This document shows positions 1-10,300 of a DNA stretch of 64,000 bases, piece after piece. Origin of the DNA: Desulfatiglandales bacterium (lineage in GTDB: Bacteria > Desulfobacterota > DSM-4660 > Desulfatiglandales > Desulfatiglandaceae); assembly GCA_963666345.1 (NCBI GenBank), contig OY762721.1:2752001-2816000 (forward strand), given 5' to 3'. Under the pieces are notes generated by a model. That model saw only the letters and a program-made list of their open reading frames with translations, did not search any database and was not told where the DNA came from. The position numbers were made by a program, and so were the translations under genes. The stretch's first letter is position 1. Each line of letters starts with the position of its first letter.

Positions 1-98
1 CTTACCATAACCGTGGTGAATTACCATAAAAAAAGCGATTGGAATCAACCTGATCATCAATAAAAAAAACATTGTTTTATTAAAAGGAGAATTCGGAA

Positions 99-386
99 AT
101 GAAAAAAAACAGAAAAGTGTCGATCCTCTTATTGTGTACCATGTTTCTACTGCTTGCAGGTACCGTTCCGGCAGCGGCGGGAGAACAGGTAACTATTTCG
201 GGAACAGTAAACGCGGCCTATCAGATCATCACGGATGATCAACAGGCCTATGATGTAGCTGAGAGTGAAAAGGGCGATGAAGTGGTTGAGATGATAGGAC
301 GAAAGGTTAAAGTCAGCGGTACGGTTGAAGAACAAGACGGCGCCAAGGTCATTTTTGTGACCTTTTATGAAGTCGTTGAGGAATAG
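99..386 (+). CDS. small secreted hypothetical protein (possible OB-fold)
   Basis: AAGGAG RBS; Sec-type signal peptide (MKKNRK, hydrophobic stretch, AAA); beta-rich acidic mature part with a KVKVSGTV motif. Confidence 0.7.
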   Translation: MKKNRKVSILLLCTMFLLLAGTVPAAAGEQVTISGTVNAAYQIITDDQQAYDVAESEKGDEVVEMIGRKVKVSGTVEEQDGAKVIFVTFYEVVEE

Positions 387-676
387 ATCACCCGGTGAAA
401 CCCCTTGCCTTGTTCAACCCTGAAAGACTTTCAGGAAGCGAAGCCTGTGTTATCGAGGTGTGAGGCCGTTGAATCAGGCTTTACGAGACAAGGAATATTC
501 ATTCGGATATGTGGCATGAAACTATCCTTTTTCAAAGACCGTACTGCGGGATATAGCGGGACAAGTGCCTTTGATCCGACAAACATCCGGACAAAATATC
601 AATTCGAATATGCCTGACGTATTTTGAAAAGGCCCTGGCATCGCAACGCAGGGCCAAGAAAGGAGAACCTTTATTC

Positions 677-1066
677 ATGGAACAAGATGTCAGAATTGAT
701 CACAACCGTGCCGAACAGCCATGGGGCCTTTTGTCCTGCATAGATCTGTATGAATGTGATCCGAAAACCATAAGGGATGCCGAAAAAATAAAGGTATTCG
801 TGGCGGAGCTATGCAAATTAATCGAAATGAAACGGTTCGGGGAAACGCGAGTGGTACATTTCGGTGAAGACGAGCGGGTTGCGGGATTTTCCATGATTCA
901 GCTCATTGAAACCTCCCTTATCTCCGCCCATTTCGCTAACGCCAGCAACGCCACGTACTTAGACGTCTTCAGTTGCAAGCCCTATGATCCTCAACCGGTT
1001 GTGGAATTCGCCAAGAAATTTTTCAAGGCCAAAAGAGCCTCTCTCCAGACGGTCAACAGACAATGA
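677..1066 (+). CDS. pyruvoyl-dependent S-adenosylmethionine decarboxylase-like proenzyme (class 1B family)
   Basis: AAGGAG RBS; IDLYEC, GFSMIQLIETSLISAHF (self-cleavage Ser with His at +5), YLDVFSCK; 129 aa. Confidence 0.8.
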   Translation: MEQDVRIDHNRAEQPWGLLSCIDLYECDPKTIRDAEKIKVFVAELCKLIEMKRFGETRVVHFGEDERVAGFSMIQLIETSLISAHFANASNATYLDVFSCKPYDPQPVVEFAKKFFKAKRASLQTVNRQ

Positions 1067-2091
1067 ACCTTGGAAAACACCTTAAGCGTAAAGTGGAGTC
1101 AATAAATGACGTGTATTTTGTCACCGACCTCGATCAATGCCGTCGGCTATGGAACGACCTGATCAATGTAAGGAATATCTCCGATCTCTGGGATTTCCGT
1201 TATTGCTTTCAGCGACACTTCAATGCCGAACCCTGTTTCCTGGTCCGAAAGGATCTAATGGGAATTACAGGTATGCTGCCCCTGTCCTATCTGGAAGAAG
1301 AGGGTGCCTTCGTTTTCTTCCCCGGAGAAATATGGAAGCAAAAGACCTGGATAGAACGCACACCCATTTTCCTGCGTGACGGAGAACGCCTGGACAAACT
1401 TTTGAGGGCCTGTCCCGAGGGAACCCATCTGCGATACATGGAACAACCCTCATCCAAATTCAATTCCGGCCTTGTCTTAGATGAAATAGGCTATGTGCTC
1501 TATCCCGGAGATTTCGATTTCAATATAGAAGATTACGCTAAAAGATTCTCAACAAAGAAATTCAAGAATCTTAAAAAAACGGTACAATCCCTTACCACCG
1601 CTCAGAGTTCATTCTATATTAACAGGGTGGAGGATTTTGATGTGCTTGTCGACATGAGCGTCAGAAGATTTAAAGAGGACTCTTATTTGTTTGACTCCCG
1701 ATTCAGGGAAAGTTTTCGAGACGTGATGCTTTTTCTCAAGCAGAAGGGATGGCTTAACATGGTAAGTCTCGAAATAGAGGGCCAAATAGCTGCAGTAGAT
1801 CTGGGAGCGAAATTCAATAACTCCTATACAGTATTTATCGGCGGCACCCTTCCGGAATTTCCGGGGGTTGCCAAGGCCATGAATATGTATCATGTCGCGT
1901 TTGCCTGCAAAAATAAATTCCGTAAAATCGATTTTCTTTGTGGCGATTTCAATTGGAAAAAACTTTGGCATCTGGATGAGGAACCTCTCTATTATTATGT
2001 ATCTCCTGAATGGGTTTCAAACCCTGCTGTCGGCAAAAAAACACAACGATCCGGCTGGAATTCCTATGGTGTTTCCACAATCTATGCATAG
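1063..2091 (+). CDS. GNAT-fold / FemAB-like (Acetyltransf_6-type) acyltransferase
   Basis: ATGA overlap with the upstream gene; C-terminal LEIEGQIAA...IDFLCGDFNWKKLW pattern typical of this family. Confidence 0.65.
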   Translation: MNLGKHLKRKVESINDVYFVTDLDQCRRLWNDLINVRNISDLWDFRYCFQRHFNAEPCFLVRKDLMGITGMLPLSYLEEEGAFVFFPGEIWKQKTWIERTPIFLRDGERLDKLLRACPEGTHLRYMEQPSSKFNSGLVLDEIGYVLYPGDFDFNIEDYAKRFSTKKFKNLKKTVQSLTTAQSSFYINRVEDFDVLVDMSVRRFKEDSYLFDSRFRESFRDVMLFLKQKGWLNMVSLEIEGQIAAVDLGAKFNNSYTVFIGGTLPEFPGVAKAMNMYHVAFACKNKFRKIDFLCGDFNWKKLWHLDEEPLYYYVSPEWVSNPAVGKKTQRSGWNSYGVSTIYA

Positions 2092-2118
2092 CAAGGCTTC
2101 GACGGGGGGAGTCTGACC

Positions 2119-3462
2119 GTGATCCGCCATGATCCTGTGCTTGTGGCATGGACTACGCCTGATTATGTGTCCAGACTTTACCATCGTCATCCGGGAGAGG
2201 TGTATTTCGTCGTGGATTCGAGGTTCAAGGATTCCCCGGATCTTGCCGGCCTGGCCGGAACCGCAGTCATATTCACAGGCTTCGAAGATCTGAAACGTTC
2301 CCTCTGTTCCATTAGACAGGATCTTTTATCCAAAAAACTGACCCCAACCGGTGTGGCCTGTTTCGACTGTGACTCCCTGATCCCGGCAGGCTTTCTGGCC
2401 CGCGAGCTGGAACTTCCCTTTCCCGCCATGAACGCCATCCTCCGAGCCAGAAATAAATACGAGGCGGCAACAGTGTGGAAAGAAAGCGGGATCCCCTCCC
2501 CATCGGTCCTTCTTGTTTCCAGCCTGGAGGAAAGTCTTGATGGGTTTCGGCGAATGCAAAGGGACGTCGTACTGAAACCTGTTTCCGGCAGCGGGAGCGA
2601 GCTCGTCTTTCATTGCGTAAGTGAAAAGGAAGTGATCGAATCCGTTCGAATCATGCTGCGGGAACTCCCTCTAAGGGCATCAAATCCGCTTTTCAGGCCC
2701 TTGACATCTCCAGCCGGTGAGACCATCGTGGATCCAAAGCTGGTATGGATTGTGGAGGAGTTTGTCTCCGGGCCCGAATTCAGTTGCGATTTTTTTCTGA
2801 AAGGCGACCGGATCACCTTGATAAGAGAGACAGGCAAGATTAAGGCTCCCGACCGAACCTTTGGATCCGTTCTCGCCTATACTTATCCTCCAGCGTATCC
2901 CGGAAATTTTTCTTTTGCCGACATTCGCGATATCCTGGGCAGGGCTGCTGCGGTCCTCGGGTTTACCTGGGGTCATTTCATGGTGGATTTTATCCTGTTC
3001 AACGGCCATCCGATGATCATAGAGATGTCCCCAAGACCCGGCGGGGACTCCATCCCTGACCTTTTTGAAACGGCAACAGGGATTGATCTCCTCAAGTTGC
3101 ATCTCGATTTTGTGTCAGGAGGGATCCACCAGACAAAATTTCCGGCCCACTGCTGCGAAAGGTTTGCGAGCGTAAATCTCTTTGCGGACCGGAGTGGAAA
3201 AATCATCCGGATCGATTCTTCCAAATTACTTGATCACCCTGATGTCCGGGCGGTCTTTCTAAGAAAAAAAACCGGTGACAGGGTACTGCTCCCGCCGGAA
3301 AGTTATAACCACCGATTGCTTGGACACGCGGTTGTTTCCCTGGATTCGGACGGGGATATTTCAGCCCTTTCGGCTCAAATGGCGGACCTACTCAATGTGA
3401 AAATCGGGGGGTGCTTTGATGAGAATTTCGTGGAGCCCACTGATAGATGGATTACGGAATGA
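2119..3462 (+). CDS. ATP-grasp ligase, L-amino acid ligase-like
   Basis: RARNKY, VLKPVSGSGSELV, EEFVSGPEFS, IEMSPRPGGD, and an LAL-type C-terminal domain (RLLGHAVV). Confidence 0.85.
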   Translation: MIRHDPVLVAWTTPDYVSRLYHRHPGEVYFVVDSRFKDSPDLAGLAGTAVIFTGFEDLKRSLCSIRQDLLSKKLTPTGVACFDCDSLIPAGFLARELELPFPAMNAILRARNKYEAATVWKESGIPSPSVLLVSSLEESLDGFRRMQRDVVLKPVSGSGSELVFHCVSEKEVIESVRIMLRELPLRASNPLFRPLTSPAGETIVDPKLVWIVEEFVSGPEFSCDFFLKGDRITLIRETGKIKAPDRTFGSVLAYTYPPAYPGNFSFADIRDILGRAAAVLGFTWGHFMVDFILFNGHPMIIEMSPRPGGDSIPDLFETATGIDLLKLHLDFVSGGIHQTKFPAHCCERFASVNLFADRSGKIIRIDSSKLLDHPDVRAVFLRKKTGDRVLLPPESYNHRLLGHAVVSLDSDGDISALSAQMADLLNVKIGGCFDENFVEPTDRWITE

Positions 3463-4853
3463 ATAAAACAGCCTTTGGTTGGAAAACCCATAACCTTCGT
3501 TATAGATATCCGGCCCTGTTGAAGGGGCTCTTCAGGCTCATGACAGGCAATGAACGGCCGCTTCAAAGAAAAATATTGAATGATTATTTGAATGGTTTTC
3601 TGTCAAAAAGGCAGATTTATCTGGAAAGCGTCTCACGATTTGGAACGCCCCAGTATTTCTTTGACGAGCCCTGTCTGGTTAATCAAATAGAGCTCTTCAG
3701 ACAGGCCTTTTCGTCCTGCTTCGAAAATTATCGGGTGTTCTATGCCATGAAAAGCAACAGCTTTGAGGGTATCTCCCGGCAGATGGTATCCCGGAATGTC
3801 GGTATTGACGTATCCAGCGGTCTTGAGCTGGCCAAGGCCCTGTGCCTTGACTGTCGGGACATCATCTTCAGCGGACCGGGAAAGACCAGCGAAGAGCTTC
3901 TTCTGGCTTTTAAGAACCGGGACAGGGTGACTCTGCTTTTGGACAGCGCCGGAGAGCTTCAGAGTCTGAGAGAAGTTGTTTCCCGCGAGAAGCAGCCCTA
4001 TCCGTCCTTAAAGTTGGGGATTCGGGTCCGAAACGATTGTCAGGGGAGGTGGAACAAGTTCGGGGTCCCGCTAAAGGATCTGATTCCCCTCTACCTGAAG
4101 GCCGGAAGACTCGAAGGTGCCGAGCCATGCGGTATTCAATTCCACACCAGCTGGAACCTCGACGCCGCCCCTCAGATCCGGATGATCGAGAAAATAGGCG
4201 ATCACATCCGTCGCCATATGCCCCCGGACATGTTGGATTCTCTTGAATTCATCGATATCGGGGGCGGTTTCTGGCCGGAACAGGGCGAATGGCTCAATCC
4301 TCAAAACACTCTGCGGGGGGAATTTTTGCGGCTCCTGGACCCTGACTACCACTTTGGTTCCGGTCGCTATCACCGAATGGCCCAACCTCTCAGGTATTTT
4401 GCAAAGTCCATTGCAGAGGCCCTCAAACAGCAGGGACCGCCCCTGTCGCTTCTCGAAACCTGGATGGAGCCGGGAAGGTGGATTTCCACCCCCGCGATGC
4501 ACATCCTCGTCCGGGTGGTTGACAAAAAGGATGCTGTGACCCTCATCACCGATGCCGGAATCCATCTGCTCGGCTGGGAGCGCCCCTTGACGGAATTCAT
4601 TCCAATCATCAACCTGACAAAGCCGGGCTTGAAGGAAAAGGGCATGAACATATTCGGTTCACTCTGCACGCCTCAGGATGTCTGGGGCACATCCATTTTT
4701 GGCGAGGGTGCCGAACCTGGTGACGTACTCCTTATCCCTGACCAGGGTGCCTATACCTACTCTCTGAGACAGTCTTTCATCAAACCCTCAGCCGATGTAA
4801 TCGGATTCGACGGAAAGGGATTCGATCTGTTGGAGCAAGGAGAACGTGTGTAA
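3459..4853 (+). CDS. PLP-dependent fold-type III decarboxylase (LysA/ornithine/arginine decarboxylase family)
   Basis: FYAMKSN (PLP Lys), SGPGKT, KFG, DIGGGF, EPGR, GSLCTPQD, GAY; start placed at the ATGA overlap at 3459. Confidence 0.85.
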   Translation: MNKTAFGWKTHNLRYRYPALLKGLFRLMTGNERPLQRKILNDYLNGFLSKRQIYLESVSRFGTPQYFFDEPCLVNQIELFRQAFSSCFENYRVFYAMKSNSFEGISRQMVSRNVGIDVSSGLELAKALCLDCRDIIFSGPGKTSEELLLAFKNRDRVTLLLDSAGELQSLREVVSREKQPYPSLKLGIRVRNDCQGRWNKFGVPLKDLIPLYLKAGRLEGAEPCGIQFHTSWNLDAAPQIRMIEKIGDHIRRHMPPDMLDSLEFIDIGGGFWPEQGEWLNPQNTLRGEFLRLLDPDYHFGSGRYHRMAQPLRYFAKSIAEALKQQGPPLSLLETWMEPGRWISTPAMHILVRVVDKKDAVTLITDAGIHLLGWERPLTEFIPIINLTKPGLKEKGMNIFGSLCTPQDVWGTSIFGEGAEPGDVLLIPDQGAYTYSLRQSFIKPSADVIGFDGKGFDLLEQGERV

Positions 4854-5196
4854 ATGTCTTGATAGAGGTCTTAACAAGGATGTTCTGGATTTTTTCCGTT
4901 GCATCTCTTGCGGAACCGGTACGGGCTGCGTGTTGATTGGAGGTTGGATAATCAGAAGATCGCCGTCAATAAGTGAGAATACCCAACATGATGGCACAGT
5001 TCAGCTACGGGATCCTTACAGTCCTTGCTTTTTGGAATTTCAGGCTCCTGTGCATCGTGAAAAAAGAATCGGAAGTCACCTGCTTTTATTTTTCAGGCCA
5101 TCTCGAAAGGTTACATCCTGCCGTCGGCGCAAAGAGAGGCTCCCGGCAGGTGAACTTCCGGAAACAAGTCTTTGCCATTGTGCAATGTGAGGCAAA

Positions 5197-5421
5197 ATGA
5201 AAGACAAAATATTTACCTGTATTCAGTGTGAAAACACCTTTCTTTTTTCGGTTGACGAACAAAAGCGCTACATGGTTTGCGGCTTTGATGCCCCCAAACG
5301 CTGTCCTGATTGCAGGAAAAAACGCTTCAAGGTTTTTGAAGACCCGGAGAGTTTCCGAAACCACAAGGGGAAAAAAAGACACCGATCAAGAAGAAACGAC
5401 TTTGATGAATATGATGAATGA
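5197..5421 (+). CDS. zinc-ribbon protein (zf-trcl-like)
   Basis: MKDKIFTCIQC..FLFSVDEQ..PKRCPDCR: two CxxC pairs and a basic tail. Confidence 0.8.
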   Translation: MKDKIFTCIQCENTFLFSVDEQKRYMVCGFDAPKRCPDCRKKRFKVFEDPESFRNHKGKKRHRSRRNDFDEYDE

Positions 5422-5541
5422 TATGACCCCTTGGATCATTACTGCTCATAATTGAAGGCCACTCAATTACCGACCCGGATTAGCCTCCACTGTAGGTAGT
5501 ACCGGGGAGCATGAATCATTTTTTTTCGTAGCAACCGAGAT

Positions 5542-7302
5542 CTAGAAGCTGACAGTGGTTGAAAGGTGCATCCCTTTTCCCATTTCAGTGCCTTCGGTCA
5601 CTCGCTGGCGCCAGCCGCAGTCAAAGTTGAGGCTGAAATAGCGCCCCACAAAGTATTTCATTCCAATGCCCACGCTCTGAAGGATGATGGAGCGGTCCTC
5701 CCCGGCCAGAAGATCCACGTTTCTGGAAACCCCGTAGTCATGGAACAGATATAACTGCAGCCGGTCTTCGACACCCTCGAGTTTCAGCCACCTGCTCGGT
5801 ATGACAGGGGGTGCGCGCAGTTCCTGGGTAAGTATGTATCCCTGATCACCGTAAGTGTCCCCTTCCTCATACCCCCGTATGGAAAAGGCGCCGCCGAACT
5901 GCATCTGTTCACTTCCTAGCAAGTTTCCGTCCGCCACCTGGGCGCGGCCCAGGAGAAAAAGGGAAAATCCCCTGGGCAGGTAGTTCGTACGGGTGAGATC
6001 AAGGGCTGCATACGCATACTGAGCGTCTGCATTTGCCCTGCTGATGGAGAAAAACTCGTCCTTGTTTTTTGACCCAAGGCTGCCGGGGCTGTATGTGCCG
6101 CGGGCTGAAAAAGAGGTAACTCCCCATGTGTCCGGAATGCTGCCATTATACTGGAGGTTCCATTGAAATATATTGGTCTCATTGTCCGTGACAGGTATGC
6201 TTGAAAACTCCAGATTGTTGTCGCTTTTCTTGTAGTCGAAAAACGCGGATACTCTGTGGGTGTATTTCCCTATGTCTGATAGAGGTGCCTCGTAACGCAG
6301 GCTCCACTGAGATGATTTTCCCTTTTGTGACAAGGGGGCCGCAAGCCTGCTTCTGGTATGGGATGAGCTGCCCGAGATGGTAAGCAGATGACGCCAGGGA
6401 AGCGGAATCAGATAGGAGCCGCTGTGGCCGATGTAGTCTTCGGCACTGGTGTTGGTGGTAAACTGATAGTTCAGCCGGTGGCCCAGTCCGAATGCATTTC
6501 CCCAGTTAAAGCCCGTCTCCAGGTGGTGCTTGCCGCTGATGCGGGAGCCGCGGTTGTTGCAGCCTGCGTATACCCTTAAGGGAAGCCGTTCCTTGACCCT
6601 CAGCACCAGATCCGTTGTTCCGGTTGTGTCTTTTCCCGACTTTAAAAAAAAGTTCCCGGCTCGGAAGGGATTGCGGTTTATCCATTCAACGTCCTGTTCC
6701 ATGATCGATTTACGGATCGGCTCACCTGGCTTGAGCCTGAGCATGGAACGGTAGAGATCCTCTGAAAAGTACCTGGCTCCTTCTATTGCGACTTCGTTTA
6801 ATGATCCTTCGATAACGAGTATCTGAACTACTCCATGGGTAATGTCCTGCTCCGGCAGGGTGATGCTTACAAAGGGAAGGTCCTGTTCGGAGTAATAGAG
6901 ATAAAGGCTTGCGATGAGCCGGTTGAGCGAGGCCATGGAGACCGGTTGCCCCATAAAGGGGCTGAGTATGTTTCGGGCGGTCTCGGTACCGAGCATGGAA
7001 ACCATTCGTGCGTCTATGCCCCTTTTGGGAACGGGGGGATTGACCTTCACCTGTTTTGAGTCGGTTATAAAGACAAGGTACTTGAGGGCCTTGTCCATGA
7101 CCGTTTCGTCTGCAGGAGAGGGCGGCGCCGGTTCCTTCGGCGTGACCGGTTCCGCCTCCGGCGGCTCCACCTGGGAGGGTACGGGTTTAGGTTCGATCCG
7201 GCGCAGGTCCTGGGCATGACACGGGTCCGAATGAAAAGTGAACGCGGTCCACGTGCAGATGATCAACAAAATCGTGGTGTAAAATAAAAATCGGGTGTTC
7301 AT
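5542..7302 (-). CDS. TpsB (ShlB/FhaC/HecB) two-partner secretion outer-membrane transporter
   Basis: Signal peptide from MNTRF; POTRA-like region (LPEQDITHGVVQILVIEG); GGAFSIRGY loop-6 motif; C-terminal Phe. Confidence 0.9.
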   Translation of the reverse strand: MNTRFLFYTTILLIICTWTAFTFHSDPCHAQDLRRIEPKPVPSQVEPPEAEPVTPKEPAPPSPADETVMDKALKYLVFITDSKQVKVNPPVPKRGIDARMVSMLGTETARNILSPFMGQPVSMASLNRLIASLYLYYSEQDLPFVSITLPEQDITHGVVQILVIEGSLNEVAIEGARYFSEDLYRSMLRLKPGEPIRKSIMEQDVEWINRNPFRAGNFFLKSGKDTTGTTDLVLRVKERLPLRVYAGCNNRGSRISGKHHLETGFNWGNAFGLGHRLNYQFTTNTSAEDYIGHSGSYLIPLPWRHLLTISGSSSHTRSRLAAPLSQKGKSSQWSLRYEAPLSDIGKYTHRVSAFFDYKKSDNNLEFSSIPVTDNETNIFQWNLQYNGSIPDTWGVTSFSARGTYSPGSLGSKNKDEFFSISRANADAQYAYAALDLTRTNYLPRGFSLFLLGRAQVADGNLLGSEQMQFGGAFSIRGYEEGDTYGDQGYILTQELRAPPVIPSRWLKLEGVEDRLQLYLFHDYGVSRNVDLLAGEDRSIILQSVGIGMKYFVGRYFSLNFDCGWRQRVTEGTEMGKGMHLSTTVSF

Positions 7303-7390
7303 GTCAAACAAACCTTTTTTACTGAAAGATAGGCGCGTTATCACGATCGTGGCCGGGGCCTTTTTCTGCCGGGTCATTTTGGGGTTCCGG

Positions 7391-10300
7391 CTAGCTGAGG
7401 GCGGAAATAAACAAAAAGTTCATGATCTGTTCCTGGTCTGTGTCGTCTCCATTACAGAATGCGTCTATGTCGAAGTTCTGCGCGTCACTTACCAGGTTGG
7501 CGTATTTATCCTCCACCTTATCATAGGCCGCAACCTGCAGTCCGCGCGTGACAGAACCGGCAATCGCAAAAATCGCGCCGGCGACAACGCTTGTAGCAGC
7601 CCCCGCTATCGACGATGAGATGCCGGCTGCTACCAATTTACTTGCGTAGGCCGCAGCAGCAGTGCCTGCTTCGGCGGTAAAATAAGTCCCTATATATCCA
7701 CCAAAGCCTGCCACAGTCGATGTCGCCACCATGAATGCCGTGTTAGCGGCTAAAGTGCTAAGAGCTGTCACGCTGACCATCTCACAGAGGTGCTCGGCTG
7801 CTGCTAATTCAAGAAAATCCACCTCCGGCGTTTCAAGGGTTCCACCCAGAAGCCCCAGGAGTCTGTTGCTGCCTTCCTGCTGCTCGGCCTTCCATGCGTT
7901 ATAGCGCGCTACCGCATCCTTTGCGATGGCGACCTTCATTTCACGGACCTGGTCCTCAAGGTATGTCTTAAATACCTCTCGCTGGTTGTAGAGTGCTGTT
8001 CCCTCTTTGATGGGCGCCCTTAAAAGATCAAAGAGTTCTCCTGCCATCAATGCCCTGTTGGCGGGATCCTTTAGCCACTCCGATATGTCGGAGACATCGA
8101 GACCCGCCTTCATGATAAAGAGCTTGGCCGCATACTGGATAAATCCCTGTCCTTCTGAAGGCACACCAAAGGGAAGGGGTGTTAGATCAAAAGGGAGCCC
8201 GCTGCCGTTCCCGCCCGAGCCTGATGTGTCAAGATCAGTTTCTATGACCGTAATCGTTATGACTTCCGGCTGCCTTTCGGTTATGGTCAGAACTCCCGGC
8301 TGAAAGGTAATGGGCGCATAGTTTTGGGCCGTGAGGGTGCCTGACTGATTGATAAACATGGTGCCTTCCGGGGCGGGCGTGGTGACCGGGAGCCCCGCGC
8401 CGCCCATGGTGATCTGGGAGACCGGAACCAGATTCAAACCGGAGACAACGGCGATGGTGTCATCATACTGGAGTCCGGATGCGGTGGCTGTAAAGGCGGG
8501 ATAAGCCTGTCCTTCGATCATCTGAGCATCATCCGCAGACACAGTCAGGGAAGCGGGCGTCACCGTCAGGGTCCCGTCAAGGCGGCTGATCGTGTAGTTG
8601 GCGGCCGTGCCCCCTGAAATCGAGATGGGGTGGGTGCCGACCTCCAGACGTCCTGCCGGAAGGGTGAATTCATAGGGGGTGTCAAGGGTATCGCCCATAA
8701 GAAGTCCAGTGACCGTTGCGCTCAGCTCAGGCAGGGATGATCCGTAGGTTACCTGATCGTCCAGTGCCTGAATGGTAATCAGGGCCGGATCAATGGTGAA
8801 CGATCCGTCCATAAGGACGACAGTGTAGTAGGCGGGAAGCGAGTAGCCTGAATCGGAAATGGTGATCGGGTATGTGCCTATGCCGGAGTTTACAGTTGCT
8901 GTCGTGTCAAGTACAAGACCTGTCACCACGGAAGCGTCGTCACCGTCCTCAAAGCCGTCAAAGGATAGGGTCAGGGCGGGATTTGCCGTACCGTAGAGAC
9001 GGCTTTTATCATCAGCCGAGATTATTAGCTGATACGGCTCCTTGATGATCAGGGCACCGAGGTCGTCGTATGCGCAGTTGGTGATGTCGTAGTTCGTACT
9101 TGTGGCGGACACCATTATCAGATAGGTTCCCGACGGTGCATCGGAGCCGGGACTGCCTTCAACGTTAAACAGGAGGTTTTCGATCACACCGTCATTCGGG
9201 TTTCCTTCCGCGTCCTGATCCCATGCCATGAGGCCCTGGCAGCTGATTGTAAAGTCCGGGTCCGGGTCACCGATTCGGCGGACAGCGTCATCCGCCTTGA
9301 TGACAAGGGGTGCCTGCTCAACCGTAAGGGTGCCGTCGACAAATATGATGTCATAATTAGCGGCCTGGGCGCCTGAGGCTGAAATCGTATGCTGACCCGC
9401 ATCGGACTGCTGTGTCGCATCGGTGCCGACTGAAAGACCTGTCACCACGCTTTCATCTTCATCCAGCACGAAACCGGTGAAACCGACCTGAAAGTTGGTT
9501 GGATTTTCCTGTCCGTATGTGCGGGTGAAATCCTGAGGCTGAATGGTTAAGGTGGCTGGATCAATGGTCAGTGTGCCGGCCTCATATACCAGATTATAGC
9601 CTTCCGCATTGGACAGGAGGGGACCGTTGGTCGCGCCGGTGCTGACCTGGTAGTCACCCACAGGGGATGTGGCAGTGGCTTCAGTGTCATATGAGAAGTT
9701 CGTTGAATTATTTCTCACGTCTCCGGCAATTAGTCCGTCAAAGTCGACGGTGAAATTGGGATAGAACCCGCCGTAGGTCATGTCCGTATCATTTACCGTA
9801 AGGGTGAGGGTGGGCCACAGGGTGTAGGCAAACGCGGCCTGTTGCCCCAGGGCCGGGGAATCAGGATCAAACGGGGTATTGTAATGTTTGTAACCGGAAA
9901 GGCCGCTCCAGGTATCGTTTCTTGGGTCTGTGGAATAGATATTGAACCTGGAGGTCCCGTCAGTCGCAGTCAAGGCGTCTGCGTCCGATAAGTTAACAAA
10001 GTTTCCCCCCGCGACCAGGGCAAGGCCGCTTTCTCCCAAATCCATGGCGAGCCTAGTGCCTGCGGACAGGGTAATATTCCCTTCTGCCTGCAATACGACG
10101 GGGTTGGCAAAACGGAGCAACGGCTGCTCCAGCCCGCCGCCGAATGAATCGTATTGCTGCTGGCAGTCGATGGTAAGATCTCCCTGGGTATAGATATCGA
10201 CATTGGAAAATCTCGCCCAGAATGGCACCTGATCGTCCAGCGGGTCATCATCCAGGCTGAAGGTGACCGTATCGATAGAGTTGTTGGAATTATTGATGGT

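Noticed and set aside
1..60. Sigma54 promoter or enhancer (TTACCATAA repeated, TGGAAT...)
   Set aside because: The -12 element does not match TTGC and the context is cut by the window edge
4846..5190. 114-aa ORF after the decarboxylase (also 405-617, 12389-12709, 33269-33535)
   Set aside because: No clear RBS or domain signal; likely spurious
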